Shown here in pieces: positions 1 through 11,146 of a stretch of DNA of 41,083 nucleotides. The notes below the pieces were generated by a model, which saw only the letters and a list, made by a program, of their open reading frames with translations, ran no database searches and was not told where the DNA came from. The DNA comes from Octopus bimaculoides. Lineage: Eukaryota. Position numbers and translations under genes: made by a program. Position 1 is the stretch's first letter; the number at the start of each line of letters is the position of its first letter. The DNA lies in contig NC_068984.1 of NCBI RefSeq assembly GCF_001194135.2, forward strand, positions 94,539,120-94,580,202, written 5' to 3'.

Positions 1-248
1 AGCTGTTATTTCTAGCATATCAAGTTTCCCTCAGTGTCTAATCCCAATGTGCACCTTTTTTAAAATTTATTTACGTTGTTTAGAAAATAAAAATTATTTT
101 GTTCACAAAATTTAATTAAAAGAAAAAAAATGTATGAAGTTAACAAAAACAGATAGTGTGTTATTCTACCTATCTACGTTGTTTAGAAAAGAAAAAAGTA
201 ATTTAAAAAAAATTATTTACTTTGTTTAAAAGAAATTATTTACTAATT

Positions 249-546
249 TGCATACGCGCGCGCGCACACATGTATTCATTTGCGCGCGCGCGCACTTTTC
301 GTAGGATCGACCACTCACGACTAGCTAGCGCGGACGCGCGACTGCGCGTTCGGGTCCGCTCTGCTTGAGTAGTACCTTTATTTACTTCGTGTAAAAAAAT
401 TATTTACTTTGTTTAGAAAAAATCCTCATATATGTTTTGCGCATGACGCGCACTCACGCTAGGTAGTCGTAAGATCGACTAGTCACGACTCGCTAGCGCG
501 GATGTGCGAGTGCGCGCACCCGGACCACTCTTCTTGAATAGTACCG
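249..546. promoter_or_regulatory. CpG-dense island containing two diverged direct repeats; candidate promoter or regulatory element
   Basis: About 38 CpG (hand count) in about 290 bp of otherwise AT-rich sequence. Repeat cores at about 299-376 and 467-545. Function is inferred only. Confidence 0.4.
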
Positions 547-1334
547 AGAACTGTGCTATGTCTTGTAGAAGGCTAACCGTGGTGCATCATGTGTGAGTGT
601 ACGTAGCCGTTTCTTGCTCAGTGTGGTATGTCTGAGGTTGTCTATGTGAATGCCTGAAGTCGTCTGTTGAGTTAGACACTAGAAGGTTGTTATAGGGTGA
701 AAGCGGGGAGGAGGGAATTTTAGATCAACCAAGGAGCCATATCATGTCACTTTATGCTGATTAATTGATTTACAGATCAATCACGTGAAACTGGTGGCTC
801 ACTTGTGATCCCGAACTGAATATCTTGCAGTTGGGATTCAAATGCCTACAATTCTTTCTTACTCTCTCTTTTACCAATTTCAGTACAACCATTGCTGTCT
901 TCTACATCACTTATTTTATCATGTTATCTTTGTAGTTCTCCCCTCTTTCACTTTTCTTTCAATCTTGATCTGACCTACATTTTCGTCTCCTTGCTTATTC
1001 TTTCTTTCATTCAACCTTATCTTTTACTGATTACCCGTCTCACTTGCTGACTAACTTCAATACTTCTCTTTGCTCAGCATAGCCACTGGCTCTACCTTCC
1101 ACATAGTATCACAGAAAGAAGGAAATCAGAAAAAAAATGTTACTTCATGTGATATTTTGTGTACACATACTTTTATCAATTACATCATGAACAAAGATTT
1201 TTTCTTTTCAATAAAGATACACTTTTGGATATCCCATTAGTCATTTCTGTTTTGTTATTAGTATATTTGATATATTTAAAACAGAAAAGAATTTTCATCT
1301 CCAGTTTTTTAATAGCCTGAATAGAAAGGTTAAT

Positions 1335-1525
1335 TTTAGGCACAATGTAAATTTTTGCAGTTGAGTGGGTATTGTTGACTAACTCAATCTATTGTACTTA
1401 TAGTACTTATGTATTTCTAGAGAGATGAAAGGCAGTGTTGAATCAGGTGAGAATTTAACTCAAAATATAGAGGAGTAAGACTAAATACTATGAGGCATTA
1501 TTTCACTAACCATTCTACCAATTCA
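1335..1525 (-). mobile_element. Decayed tRNA-type SINE
   Basis: Reverse-orientation similarity to the SINE copies at 8633-8835 and 34842-35056 (GATGAAAGGCA...AATTTAACTCAAAA). Confidence 0.5.
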
Positions 1526-2019
1526 TTTTCCCATATGTTATCAAAACATTTTACATATATTGATTTCTTTTGATAAGTTTATATAGATACTCACTTGAAA
1601 AGCAATAGTTAAGTTAGCATTGACATGTACACATTGTAGTACGCATTATTCAGAGCTAATTAGATATAAATAATTATACTGTGAGGAAAGACACTATTTG
1701 TCAATGATTAATATTTTGATTATTTTGGCAAGTATGAATATCCTCAGTGAAATATAGACTTTATTATACTTGCTGAAGTAGTGGTGATAGTTGTTTTGAA
1801 CAAAATAATCTGACTAGGACAATCTCTGACCATATTAAGGTATTGTATTAAACAATGTTTTAATCACAGAAGTGACAGCAGTGCTTATGACTCTTTTTAA
1901 CACTTCCAAGATAGGTGAAAAGAAGGGAGGAAGGTATCCTCAAGAGTGGAATCAGCTTAAGGCACTCAAGAACCAAATTGGTTAAATTTGATGATTTTTT
2001 TTTGTTTCTTTTTTTTTAG

Positions 2020-2729
2020 GAACAGCTAGATGTATTGGTGAACAGCCAAAGGCATTGGGGAGCATAAAGATTATAGTTGTAGTTGAGAAAAACTTAGCTG
2101 ACATGGAAGATGGGAAGCCATCTGAATATTGGAAAAAAGTTTCCTCTATCATGATGATTTGTGCTAGGTATCATAATGCTAACATCATGACTGCTGCTCA
2201 ATGCTCTGTGAATATTGTGGCCAGCAGAAAAGGGACACAGTAGGTATTCTGATTACATCATCATCGGAATACATCCCTACATCTTTGAACATGTCTTAGG
2301 CTCAATTCAGATGACTATTTGAAGTTGCTGGAAGGCCATATATGTAGCAACAGGATTCTGCTCCCTACTATACCTCTGAAAAGAGTCAGAAGTGGTTGGT
2401 GGAGAATTTCAGTGATTTTCACCTGCCACAATTTCTGTTTTTTTTTAATTCCCCCAGTTGTAATCCCACAGTTGAGAAAGACACCAACTGTTCTGCCTGA
2501 AATATCAAGGTCAAGCCAGTGGCCAAGATCAAGGAGGTGACCAAAGGTCTTCTCAGGGACACTGAGGAACACGTACCAAGTTCTGGAGCCGTCATGAGGT
2601 TGTGGTGAAAGCTGAGGGCAGCCATAATCTAGTTGATATTTTTTCAAAAAATATTTTTATATTTGCATGGGATATTGTATCTACTTTTCCTTTTATGCAA
2701 ACTGTCAGATTTAGTTTGAACCACCTGTA
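2020..2729 (+). mobile_element. Internally deleted Tc1/mariner-superfamily transposon (DD37D/maT-like) relic
   Basis: ATG at 2103 gives MEDGKPSEYWKKVSSIMMICARYHNANIMTAAQCS. After frameshifts the reading is QQDSAPYYTSEKSQKWLVENFSDF...NSPSCNP, the second-D and SPDxNP-like motifs. A TIR-like end ...GTTTGAACCACCTG followed by TA lies at 2728-2729. The left TIR was not found. Confidence 0.75.
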
Positions 2730-2744
2730 GATTACAATGGGATA

Positions 2745-2945
2745 TTGATCTTGGAACACAAAGAGCCAGATCAATTACCACAAGGTATTTTATCAAATGC
2801 TCTAGCAGTTCTGCCAGTACACCACCCTGAGCAGGTACTTTATCAATCTTGGCCAAGTTAATCTCAGTGGGATTTGAACTCAGAATATAGAGAGCTTGAA
2901 TAAGTCCTGCAAGGCATTTTGTCCAATGCTCTAATGACTGCTTAT
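2745..2945 (-). mobile_element. Decayed tRNA-type SINE
   Basis: Reverse copy of the family at 8633-8835 (GGTACTTTATCAATC...GATTTGAACTCAGAA...GCATTT). Confidence 0.6.
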
Positions 2946-3629
2946 TCACTGCATACATACTGTAGTTAAGACTAAAAACTCGAGTCCAGTACTTTTATCT
3001 TTTTGGGTATTTCAATTTTAAGGACATTTGGGTTTATCATATTTGACTTAATTATGCTTAATGATCATATTTACAGCTCCATGTTTACTACTTTAATTTT
3101 TTATCAGTTCTTTGGGTATAGTGAAAATTTCAATCCCATGTGATATATATTACTTTTGGCTGTATGTTTTTCTGCTGTTCCTAACTTTGTATTGTTTCTT
3201 CTCTTATCAAGGTTTTAGATGTTCTTTAGTTTTAGTTATAAAATTGTTTCTTAATTTTAATCGTATTTATCTTCTTAAAATTCCAAAAATATGTCATATT
3301 TTCTACAGATTTGTTGTCGTAGCCAGATGTTTGACAAAATAGTTTCGGTGGTAGAAGTAAAATGGCTGAGTGGATATTGCTTAAAAATGATTAACTTCAA
3401 AATAACAGGTTGAGTGAGGTTGGAGGAGGAGGATGGTGGTGGTAGTTGGGGTGTTTTTTTTGTTTTGATTGTCATAAATGTATTCTTTCTATACTTCCTG
3501 ACACCAGTATTAGCATACTGGTGTCACAATAAAAGGAAGATAGAAAATAAATAAAACTAAAGAAACAGTGACAGGGATGAGATGGTAATGGAGGAGAGAC
3601 AATAAGATAACTTCCTATTGATGGGAAGA

Positions 3630-4270
3630 TATTGTGTCAGAGGAGGAGTGTACCTTTTGGTAGGAATCCTCTCAATTCCTTTTTAGGACAGCTCCTCTGT
3701 CACTGGCACCTAGGTCTCGTCTGTGGCTCCATGAACTGTTTGCATATAGAAGTGCACTACTTCATTGGATGGTCAGCTCTTGGTGCTATTCTTTCAGAGC
3801 TTGTCACCCCATACATGTAGAAAGTGGATTTCCAGCAGACTATGTGGAGAAAACCCAACTACCATTGATCTAGTTTCAACAGACAGAAAGAATATCCAAG
3901 CAATGTTGCTGTGGGACATCTACTTTATATCACAGTAAGACATATCGATCGCTCTGGTCAGGAAGTCAGAGATGAGAGAGTGAAGCTGGTCATTTGATGC
4001 AGTCCTCTCTCACTTTAATCAAAGTTCAGTGCATGTCAGCACTCAAATATCTTCAGAAGAAGAAAACAGCAGATAATTTGATGAAGAGGTTGGAGTATCA
4101 TGTTCATTTATGACAATGAAATTCCATGACTTCTAGTTTTGTGACATGGTAAGTCTATAGGCATGAGTAATCATGAATCTCTGGTCATCTGCTCAGCTGA
4201 ATCCTCCATTGTTGTGGTGTAAAGAGGTGGTCATCTTCTAAAAGAAGGGGTGAATAACATTGCTTGGTAA
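3630..4270 (-). mobile_element. Highly decayed LINE (CR1/Jockey-like) AP-endonuclease fragment
   Basis: Minus strand retains GxFxCH-like (about 4110-4130) and xDH-like (about 3775) APE motifs amid stops and frameshifts. Confidence 0.4.
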
Positions 4271-4807
4271 GGAAATTGAATAAAAGAACATAAATGATGT
4301 TATAGAGGAAGAGAGAGTAATGAAAGAAGGAGTAATGTGAGAGAGAGTGAGCTAGTGATGAGTAGTATTAAAAGACAAGACTTGGTAAGGGAGAGAGAGA
4401 GAGAGTTGTGGATATCAGTAATGCGTGTCAGAGGAGAGAGAATGATAATAGGGAAGCACAGTGATTGGTGATCAAATTGTAATGAAGAGAAGACAGAAAA
4501 TCAAAACTTAGCATAAACGTAATGGGCAAGAGAAATCCCGATGTAGATATTATTGCAACATTTGTCACCACGACCATTTTTGCATCCATCTTCTCATACT
4601 TGCATGGGTTGGGTGTGTCCATCTCACCACAGCATATTGCTACTTTTGCAGTCTTTACTCATCTTTATTGGTTTGGATGCATTTTACCTGATGTAGAAAC
4701 TTTATGAAGGCTTTCTTGACATGTGTATACTCATAACTGACATATTTAATTTCAGATGGGGCTCTCCACAGAATTGCGATTCAAAGTATATTTTAGCTCA
4801 TTCATAA

Positions 4808-5103
<296 letters not shown>

Positions 5104-5659
5104 ACACCAACACAGAATTTTATGCGTATGTGAGTATTTGTGTCTCATCTTGACAGCATGCAATAATTGTGTCAACATCATCCCACTAGTGTCTTTCATT
5201 TCCAGTCTTTGTAAAAGTGTCCAATGAAGGAAACAAGTGAGGATTGGTGATAAAAAGGGCATCTAACTATGGAAAATGCCTCAGTGAATTCTTTCAGACC
5301 CCTGCAAGCATGGAAAAGTGTACATAAAAATAATGATGATGATGATCCAAGAGTTTTCTGCTAGATATGTATACTTGCTTGACCTCTCAAAATGAATTGT
5401 AGATATACAATTTGAAAAAAAAAAAACCTCTTCTTGAGAACTAATTTCTCAATTTAATGAGATATCTTTACTGGAATTGATAAAAGATGTTTGCATTAGT
5501 GTTGTCTTTTCATGTACAGTTTGAATCATCGAACTTTTAATTTACAATTTGGTCTAAAATATATGATGATAGTTATTTGTCTTTTCATTTTGTTTTTTAT
5601 ATTGACTTCATTTTTCTAACAGTGTTGGCTTGTATGTTCTTGTAGTTTATGAAACATTG

Positions 5660-8267
5660 TTGGTGACAGGGCTATTAGAGAAAAGAAACAGGCTTGGAAG
5701 GAATGGAAGAACAGTGGTAGCAGGGAATTGTATCAGACTGCCAGAAGGGAAGCTAGGAGACAGGTTTATTTAGCCAGAGGGGAAGCAGATAAGAAAAAAA
5801 ATTGCCAATGTTCTGCGCTGTGAGGACCAAAGACTTGAAGTATTTCATGTGGCAAGACAGCGGGTGAGAGAGAATCGTGATGTCGTGAGAGAGAAATATG
5901 TCTGCATGGATGATGGTTCACTTGCACTAAACGAGGCTGCAAAGAGAGGTTTGGAGACGCCACTATGAAAGGTTGCTCAATAAAGAGAATGAATAGGAGA
6001 AAGAGAGTCTGCCGAATGTTGACCCAATAGAGGGACCAGCTATCCAAATTGACAGTACCTTGGTAGATAAAGTAATTAAGAGTATGAAGACGGAAAGCCC
6101 CCAGCCCATCAGGAATCACCACAGAGATGCTCAAAATATTTGGCAGTGTCGGCTATAGCCTAGTCACCCGTATAGTTAACCAGATGTTACATGAGGTTGT
6201 CATACCTGATGGCTGGTGTAGCAGCACCATGGTCAACTGCTACAAAGGTAAAGGTGACACTTTAGATACAAATAATTACAGAAGTATCAAGTTGTTGGAT
6301 CAGGTAATGAAGGTCATGGAGAGGATCATAGCCCAACTAATTAGGGAGAGAGTCAGCTTAGATGACATGCAGTTTGGATTCGTGCCAGGGAAAAGCATCA
6401 CTGATGCTATATTTCTGGTAAGGCAGCTGCAGGAGAAATACCTAGCCAAAGATAAACCTCTGTACCAGGCTTTTGTTGACATGGAGAAAGCCTTTGACAG
6501 GGTCCCCCCGATCCCTTATCTGGTGGTCAATGAGGAAACTAGGGATAGATGAATGGTTAGTGAGAGCTGTGCGAGCCATGTACAGGGACGCTGTCAGTAA
6601 GGTGAGGGTTGGCAACGAGTACAGTGAAGAATTCCAGGTAGAGGTAGGGGTCCATCAAGGTTCAGTCCTCAGCCCCCTCCTATTTATCATAGTCCTTCAG
6701 GCAATAACAGAGGAATTCAAGACAGGTTGCCCCTGGGAGCTCCTCTATGCTGATGACTTTGCTGTAATTGCTGAGTCACTATCAGAACTAGAGGAGAAGC
6801 TTCAGGTGTGGAAGCAAGGATTAGAATCGAAGGGCCTTAGAGTCAGCCTAACTAAAACCAAAGTCTTAATAAATAGGAAGGCAGACAAACCACAAATCCC
6901 TTCAGGTAGATGGCCCTGCTCGATCTTTAGAGAAGGCATAGATATAAACTCTATAAGATGTACCCAGTGTAAGCTATAGACACATAAGAGGTGCAGCAGT
7001 ATCAAAGGAAGGCTAACTGGGAAGATAGTTTTTGTATGTGGCAGATGCTCAGGAACAATAAACACTGAAAATGTGCAGAAAACAGCTTCTGCCACATTCA
7101 AGGAAGAAAAACTAGAAGTAGTTGATAGCTTCTGTTACCTAGGTGACCAAATCAGTTGCAGGGGTGGGTGTTCTGAAAGTGTAACTGCTAGAATAAGAAT
7201 AGCCTGGGTAAAGTTCAGAGAACTCCTACCTCTGCTGGTGACAAAGGACCTCTCACTCAGAGTAAAAGGTACACTGTATGACGCATTTGTACAAACAGCC
7301 ATGTTACATGGCAGTGAAACATGGGCCATGACTGCTGAGGACATGCGTAAGCTTGCAAGGAATGATGCCAGTATGCTCTGCTGGATGTGTAATGTCAGTG
7401 TGCATACTCGACAGAGTGTAAGAGCCTTCAGAGAAAAGTTGGACCTAAGAAGCATCAGATGTGGTGTGCAAGAGAGACACTGCGCTGGTATTGTCATGTG
7501 GTGAGAATGGATGAGGATAGCTGTGTGAAAAAGTGTCACACTCTAGCAGTTGAGGGAACCTGTGGAAGAGTTAGACCCAGGAAGACCTGGGGTGAGGTGG
7601 TGAAGCACAACCTTCTAACATTAGGCCTCACCGAGGCAATGACTAGTGACCGAGACCTTTGGAAATATGCTGTGCTTGAGAAGACCTGGCAATCCAAGTG
7701 AGACTATAACCCGTGGCCTATGCCAGTGGTGTAACCAGCCCACTTATGCGTACCTTTCCTTCATTGGACGCTAAACTGTTGAGGCAAGTGAAATCGAAAT
7801 GAAATTCGATGACAGCACCGCTTGACTGGCATCCATGCTAGTGGAGCATGATCATTGCCAGGACCGCTGACTGGCTCCCGTGCCAGTGGCATGTAAAAAG
7901 CACCATTCGAGTGGGATCATTACCAGCGTTGCCTTACTGGCACTTGTGCCAGTGGCATGTGAAAGACATCATTTGAGCGAGGTCGTTACCAGTGCTGCTG
8001 GATTGGCTCCTGTGCAGGTGGCACGTAAAAAACACCTTTTGAGCGTGGCTGTTGCCAGTATTGCCTGACTGACCCTCGTGCTGGTGACATGTAAAAGCAC
8101 CCACTACACTCTCGGAGTGGTTGGTGTTAGGAAGGACATCCAGCTGTAGAAACTCTGCCTGATCAGATTGGAGCCTGGTGCAGCCATCTGGTTCGCCAGT
8201 CCTCAGTCAAACCGTCCAACCCATGCCAGCATGGAAAGCAGATGTTAAACGATGATGATGATGATGA
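5660..8267 (+). mobile_element. RTE-clade LINE copy 1, 5'-truncated; frameshifted RT, PHD-like insert, 3' UTR minisatellite and (GAT)n tail
   Basis: RT motifs NYRSIKLLDQVMK, MQFGFVPGKSITDAIF, AFVDMEKAFDRVP, VHQGSVLSPLLF, LLYADDF, FCYLGD. Ends AAACGATGATGATGATGATG. Confidence 0.93.
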
Positions 8268-8632
8268 CTTCATTTCCTTTGCACTCATATTTGTGGGTTC
8301 ACCTTCTAAGTACATTTATTTTTGCATTAAGCAGATGAGAAACAACTAATTGAAGTGAAGATTTTTCATATATGCAAACCAATGAACCTTTCATCAATTT
8401 GACAGTTCAGTCATTATGACGTGGAAGTCTATGATCCGTAGTATCTACTTTGATCTAACTAGACTTAGCCATTGTCAATACAGTACATGGAAAGTATTGC
8501 ATAACAATGCTCAATGAATAGAAAGTACTGATGTTTTGGTTCGTTGTGTGGTAGCTATCAACAAGGCCAACCAACATTTAGTTATACATTCCAGGCAAAA
8601 CTAGATGCACATTTGAATATAATATTTTGAAA

Positions 8633-8835
8633 GGTGGCAATCTGGCAGAAATGTTAGCACTCCGGGCAAAATGCTTAGTGGTATTTTGTCTGTCTTTACA
8701 TTCTGAGTTCAAATTCTGCCAAGGTTGGCTTTGCCTTTTATCTTTTCAAGGTCAATAAATTAAGTACTAGTACTGGGGTCGATTTAATTGACTGCCTCCT
8801 CCCCCAAAATTTCAGGGCTTGTGCCTAGAGGAGAA
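8633..8835 (+). mobile_element. tRNA-type SINE
   Basis: GGTGGCAATCTGGCAGAAATGTTAGCA head with A-box-like sequence, GAGTTCAAATTC B-box-like sequence, and a TAAGTACTAG...GGGGTCGAT core. Confidence 0.75.
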
Positions 8836-8878
8836 AAGAATATAATATTTTGAGGACATTTTATTTTTTTGTTTTATA

Positions 8879-10071
8879 CAAGCTGGATTACCTAGCATTG
8901 CCTGGGTTACTGCTGTTCTTATTCAGATTAGTAAACAATAAATACAAAGATATATTTTTTCTCATAATTGTTTCAAAATATCTATATTTTATTAAAAAAT
9001 ATACAAGTTGTAATGATAATAGAACTTAGAACTGAAAATCTGTCAATCTTGAAGTACCTCAGGGTAAATAATTTTCATTATTGGTGTTGGTTTTTGTTGG
9101 TGTCCTAATGAATAAATTGTTACTGCTTCTAACTCATGCATGAGCAACTAACATAGAGTTGGCCATGGGAGATGCATGTAGTAGAGAGATGAAGTCCAAC
9201 TACATGGAAGGACTGATCCTGAGATTTGTTAATTGAAATACCAAAACTTTGACTGGAAACTGAAGCCTCTTAAATTCAAATGCAACATCTGTAGGTATGA
9301 AAGGAAATTTTGGAATAAAGCCATTTTCTCCTTTGTGACATGGGGCTTCACGGAAGTAACAATTAAGCGAGTTCCATTACACTGGTGAAGTGGATTAAGA
9401 TTCCTAAGCAGCATAATAGGAGCATCCAGCTTTAGTGTCAAGTTATGCGGTGGCATTCCAGTGGGTTTAAGTGTGTTCAGAAATTCAACAGAGTATTGAA
9501 CAGCCTGATCTTGATCAACTGTTGCGTGAATTGATGGAAAAGTAATTTCTCATGTATCTGTTAACTTTTGAAGAAGTTCATGATTGAGTTTATCAACCAT
9601 TTCATTAGTTAGAGCCAGTATAGCTCTTTCACATAGCCAGTTTACATCAGTGTAATAGGCAATCACATATACACTGACACACACATACACTCTTACACTG
9701 ACACACACACTCTCACATACACTTACATATACTAAGACACACAGACATACATTTTATGTAACGAATGCGCAAACAGACACACTCATATATACAAAATGTA
9801 TTGTCAATGTCGTGGTATAAAATGTCCTTTACTATCTTGTACGTATCAAACACACAAACACACACACACTTACAGACACCTGCACACTCGTATACAAAAT
9901 ATATGGTGGTGGTGGTGGTGGCATAAAATGTACTTTACTATGTCATACGTAATGAACACGCAAACATGTACACTCTCACTGACACATATACACTCATATA
10001 CAAAATGTGATGTTGTGGTGGTGGTATAAAATGTCCTTTACTATAGTTGACTATAGAAAGATTATTTTAGA
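8879..10071 (-). mobile_element. Non-autonomous Helitron carrying a PIF1-type helicase fragment and an internal minisatellite
   Basis: Minus strand 9229-9655 reads WLCERAILALTNEMVDKLNHELL...QYSVEFLNTLKPTGMPPHNLTLKLDAPIMLLRNLNP...CNGTRLIV. Putative A|TC 5' end at 10071, decayed subterminal hairpin at 8890-8907, and CTTG|T (consensus CTAG|T) 3' end at 8879. Three repeats of about 105-110 bp at 9700-10045. Confidence 0.7.
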
Positions 10072-10298
10072 TAAAATGTTATATTGTTTTAAATCCAAAT
10101 GAAAATAGAAGTTACATGTTGACATTCACGAGGTCTAATACTATTATCTTGTAAAATTTGATTTGATTTGATGGAGCTGTTTGAGAATGCATAGGGAACA
10201 GACAAAGAATTTTATATATATAGAGATTGTGATTTATAAAACACACACTCATCTGATGTAAAAACATATAATAAAGAGTGTTATTTTTGATATTTCAG

Positions 10299-10565
10299 TA
10301 TGTTCTTAAAAAGATCAACTTGAAAAGTACATCCGATAAAGAACGTAGAGCAGCTGAGCAAGAAGCAAGATTGTTATCCAACTTAAAACATCCAAATATT
10401 GTGACTTACAAAGATTCCTTTCAGACTGGTGAACGATATTTGTACATTGCCATGCAATATTGTGAAGGTGGTGATCTCTACACTTGGCTTAAGGAACGCA
10501 AAGGGAAGGTCTTAGAAGAGAAGCAGGTTGTGGAGTGGTTCATACAAATAGCTATGGCTCTACAG
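10299..10565 (+). CDS. NEK4: Internal coding exon of a NIMA-related Ser/Thr kinase (NEK4-like): beta3 Lys, alphaC Glu and hinge region
   Basis: Acceptor TTTCAG ends at 10298 and donor CAG|GTAAAA starts at 10566; 267 nt, phase 0 at both ends. Translation YVLKKINLKSTSDKERRAAEQEARLLSNLKHPNIVTYKDSFQTGERYLYIAMQYCEGGDLYTWLKERKGKVLEEKQVVEWFIQIAMALQ. ERRAAEQEA and VVEWFxQIAMALQ match my recollection of human NEK4 exon 2. Confidence 0.92.
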
Positions 10566-11146
10566 GTAAAAAAAAAATTTATATCCAAACACATTTTGTT
10601 TTTGCAGTTTTTATGTAATACATGTAATTCTTCAGACATTTGGTATTTCAGAAGCACAGAGCCTAACAAGTGTCAGTATTATTTCACAGTCAGATAGCAT
10701 GAAGAGTATTTAGTTCTGAAAGCTAATTGCTTCAACGATATGCAATTGCTGAAATGGAAAAAAAAGACAAGACAATTATACAAGAATCAGCAAATCTAAA
10801 ATATTAAGAAAAGAAAATAGTTTTTCAATTTTTAACTTTGAGTAAAGCTATATTATTTGCATTCAGGAAATATGAGTTCAATCAAAACTTCTTAAATCAT
10901 TTAGGTACCTTGAAACATTTTTATTGGAGATAATATTTAAATATAAATGAGTTATATTATGTTGAGATTTCAGCACAATGTCATTACTTATGCATAAAAA
11001 TAAATTGCTACTCATTATGGTTGGTGAAAGGTAAAGATGGCTGAGTTGATAGTTGATGGTTTGAATTCTGTTTGTGATGTAGCACTGTGCATTTAATATG
11101 CCATTTCTTATTGGTTTAGTCCACGTACATATGAATAATTACTATA

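Noticed and set aside
2020-2243. Strong acceptor at 2019 followed by an open frame, as a possible host exon
   Set aside because: The sequence is the 5' UTR and N-terminus of the maT-like transposase relic, has no kinase similarity, and there is no transcript evidence.
7830-8105. CRISPR-like repeat-spacer appearance (also at 24418-24700)
   Set aside because: The spacers are themselves homologous, the array lies in a eukaryotic LINE 3' UTR, and there are no cas genes; it is a degenerate minisatellite.
8633-8720. tRNA gene
   Set aside because: A- and B-box-like motifs belong to a SINE head present in several decayed copies; no complete cloverleaf is evident.
10278-10697. 139-aa ORF as a stand-alone gene
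   Set aside because: It is the spliced kinase exon plus intronic read-through on both sides; kinase similarity stops at the AG/GT sites.
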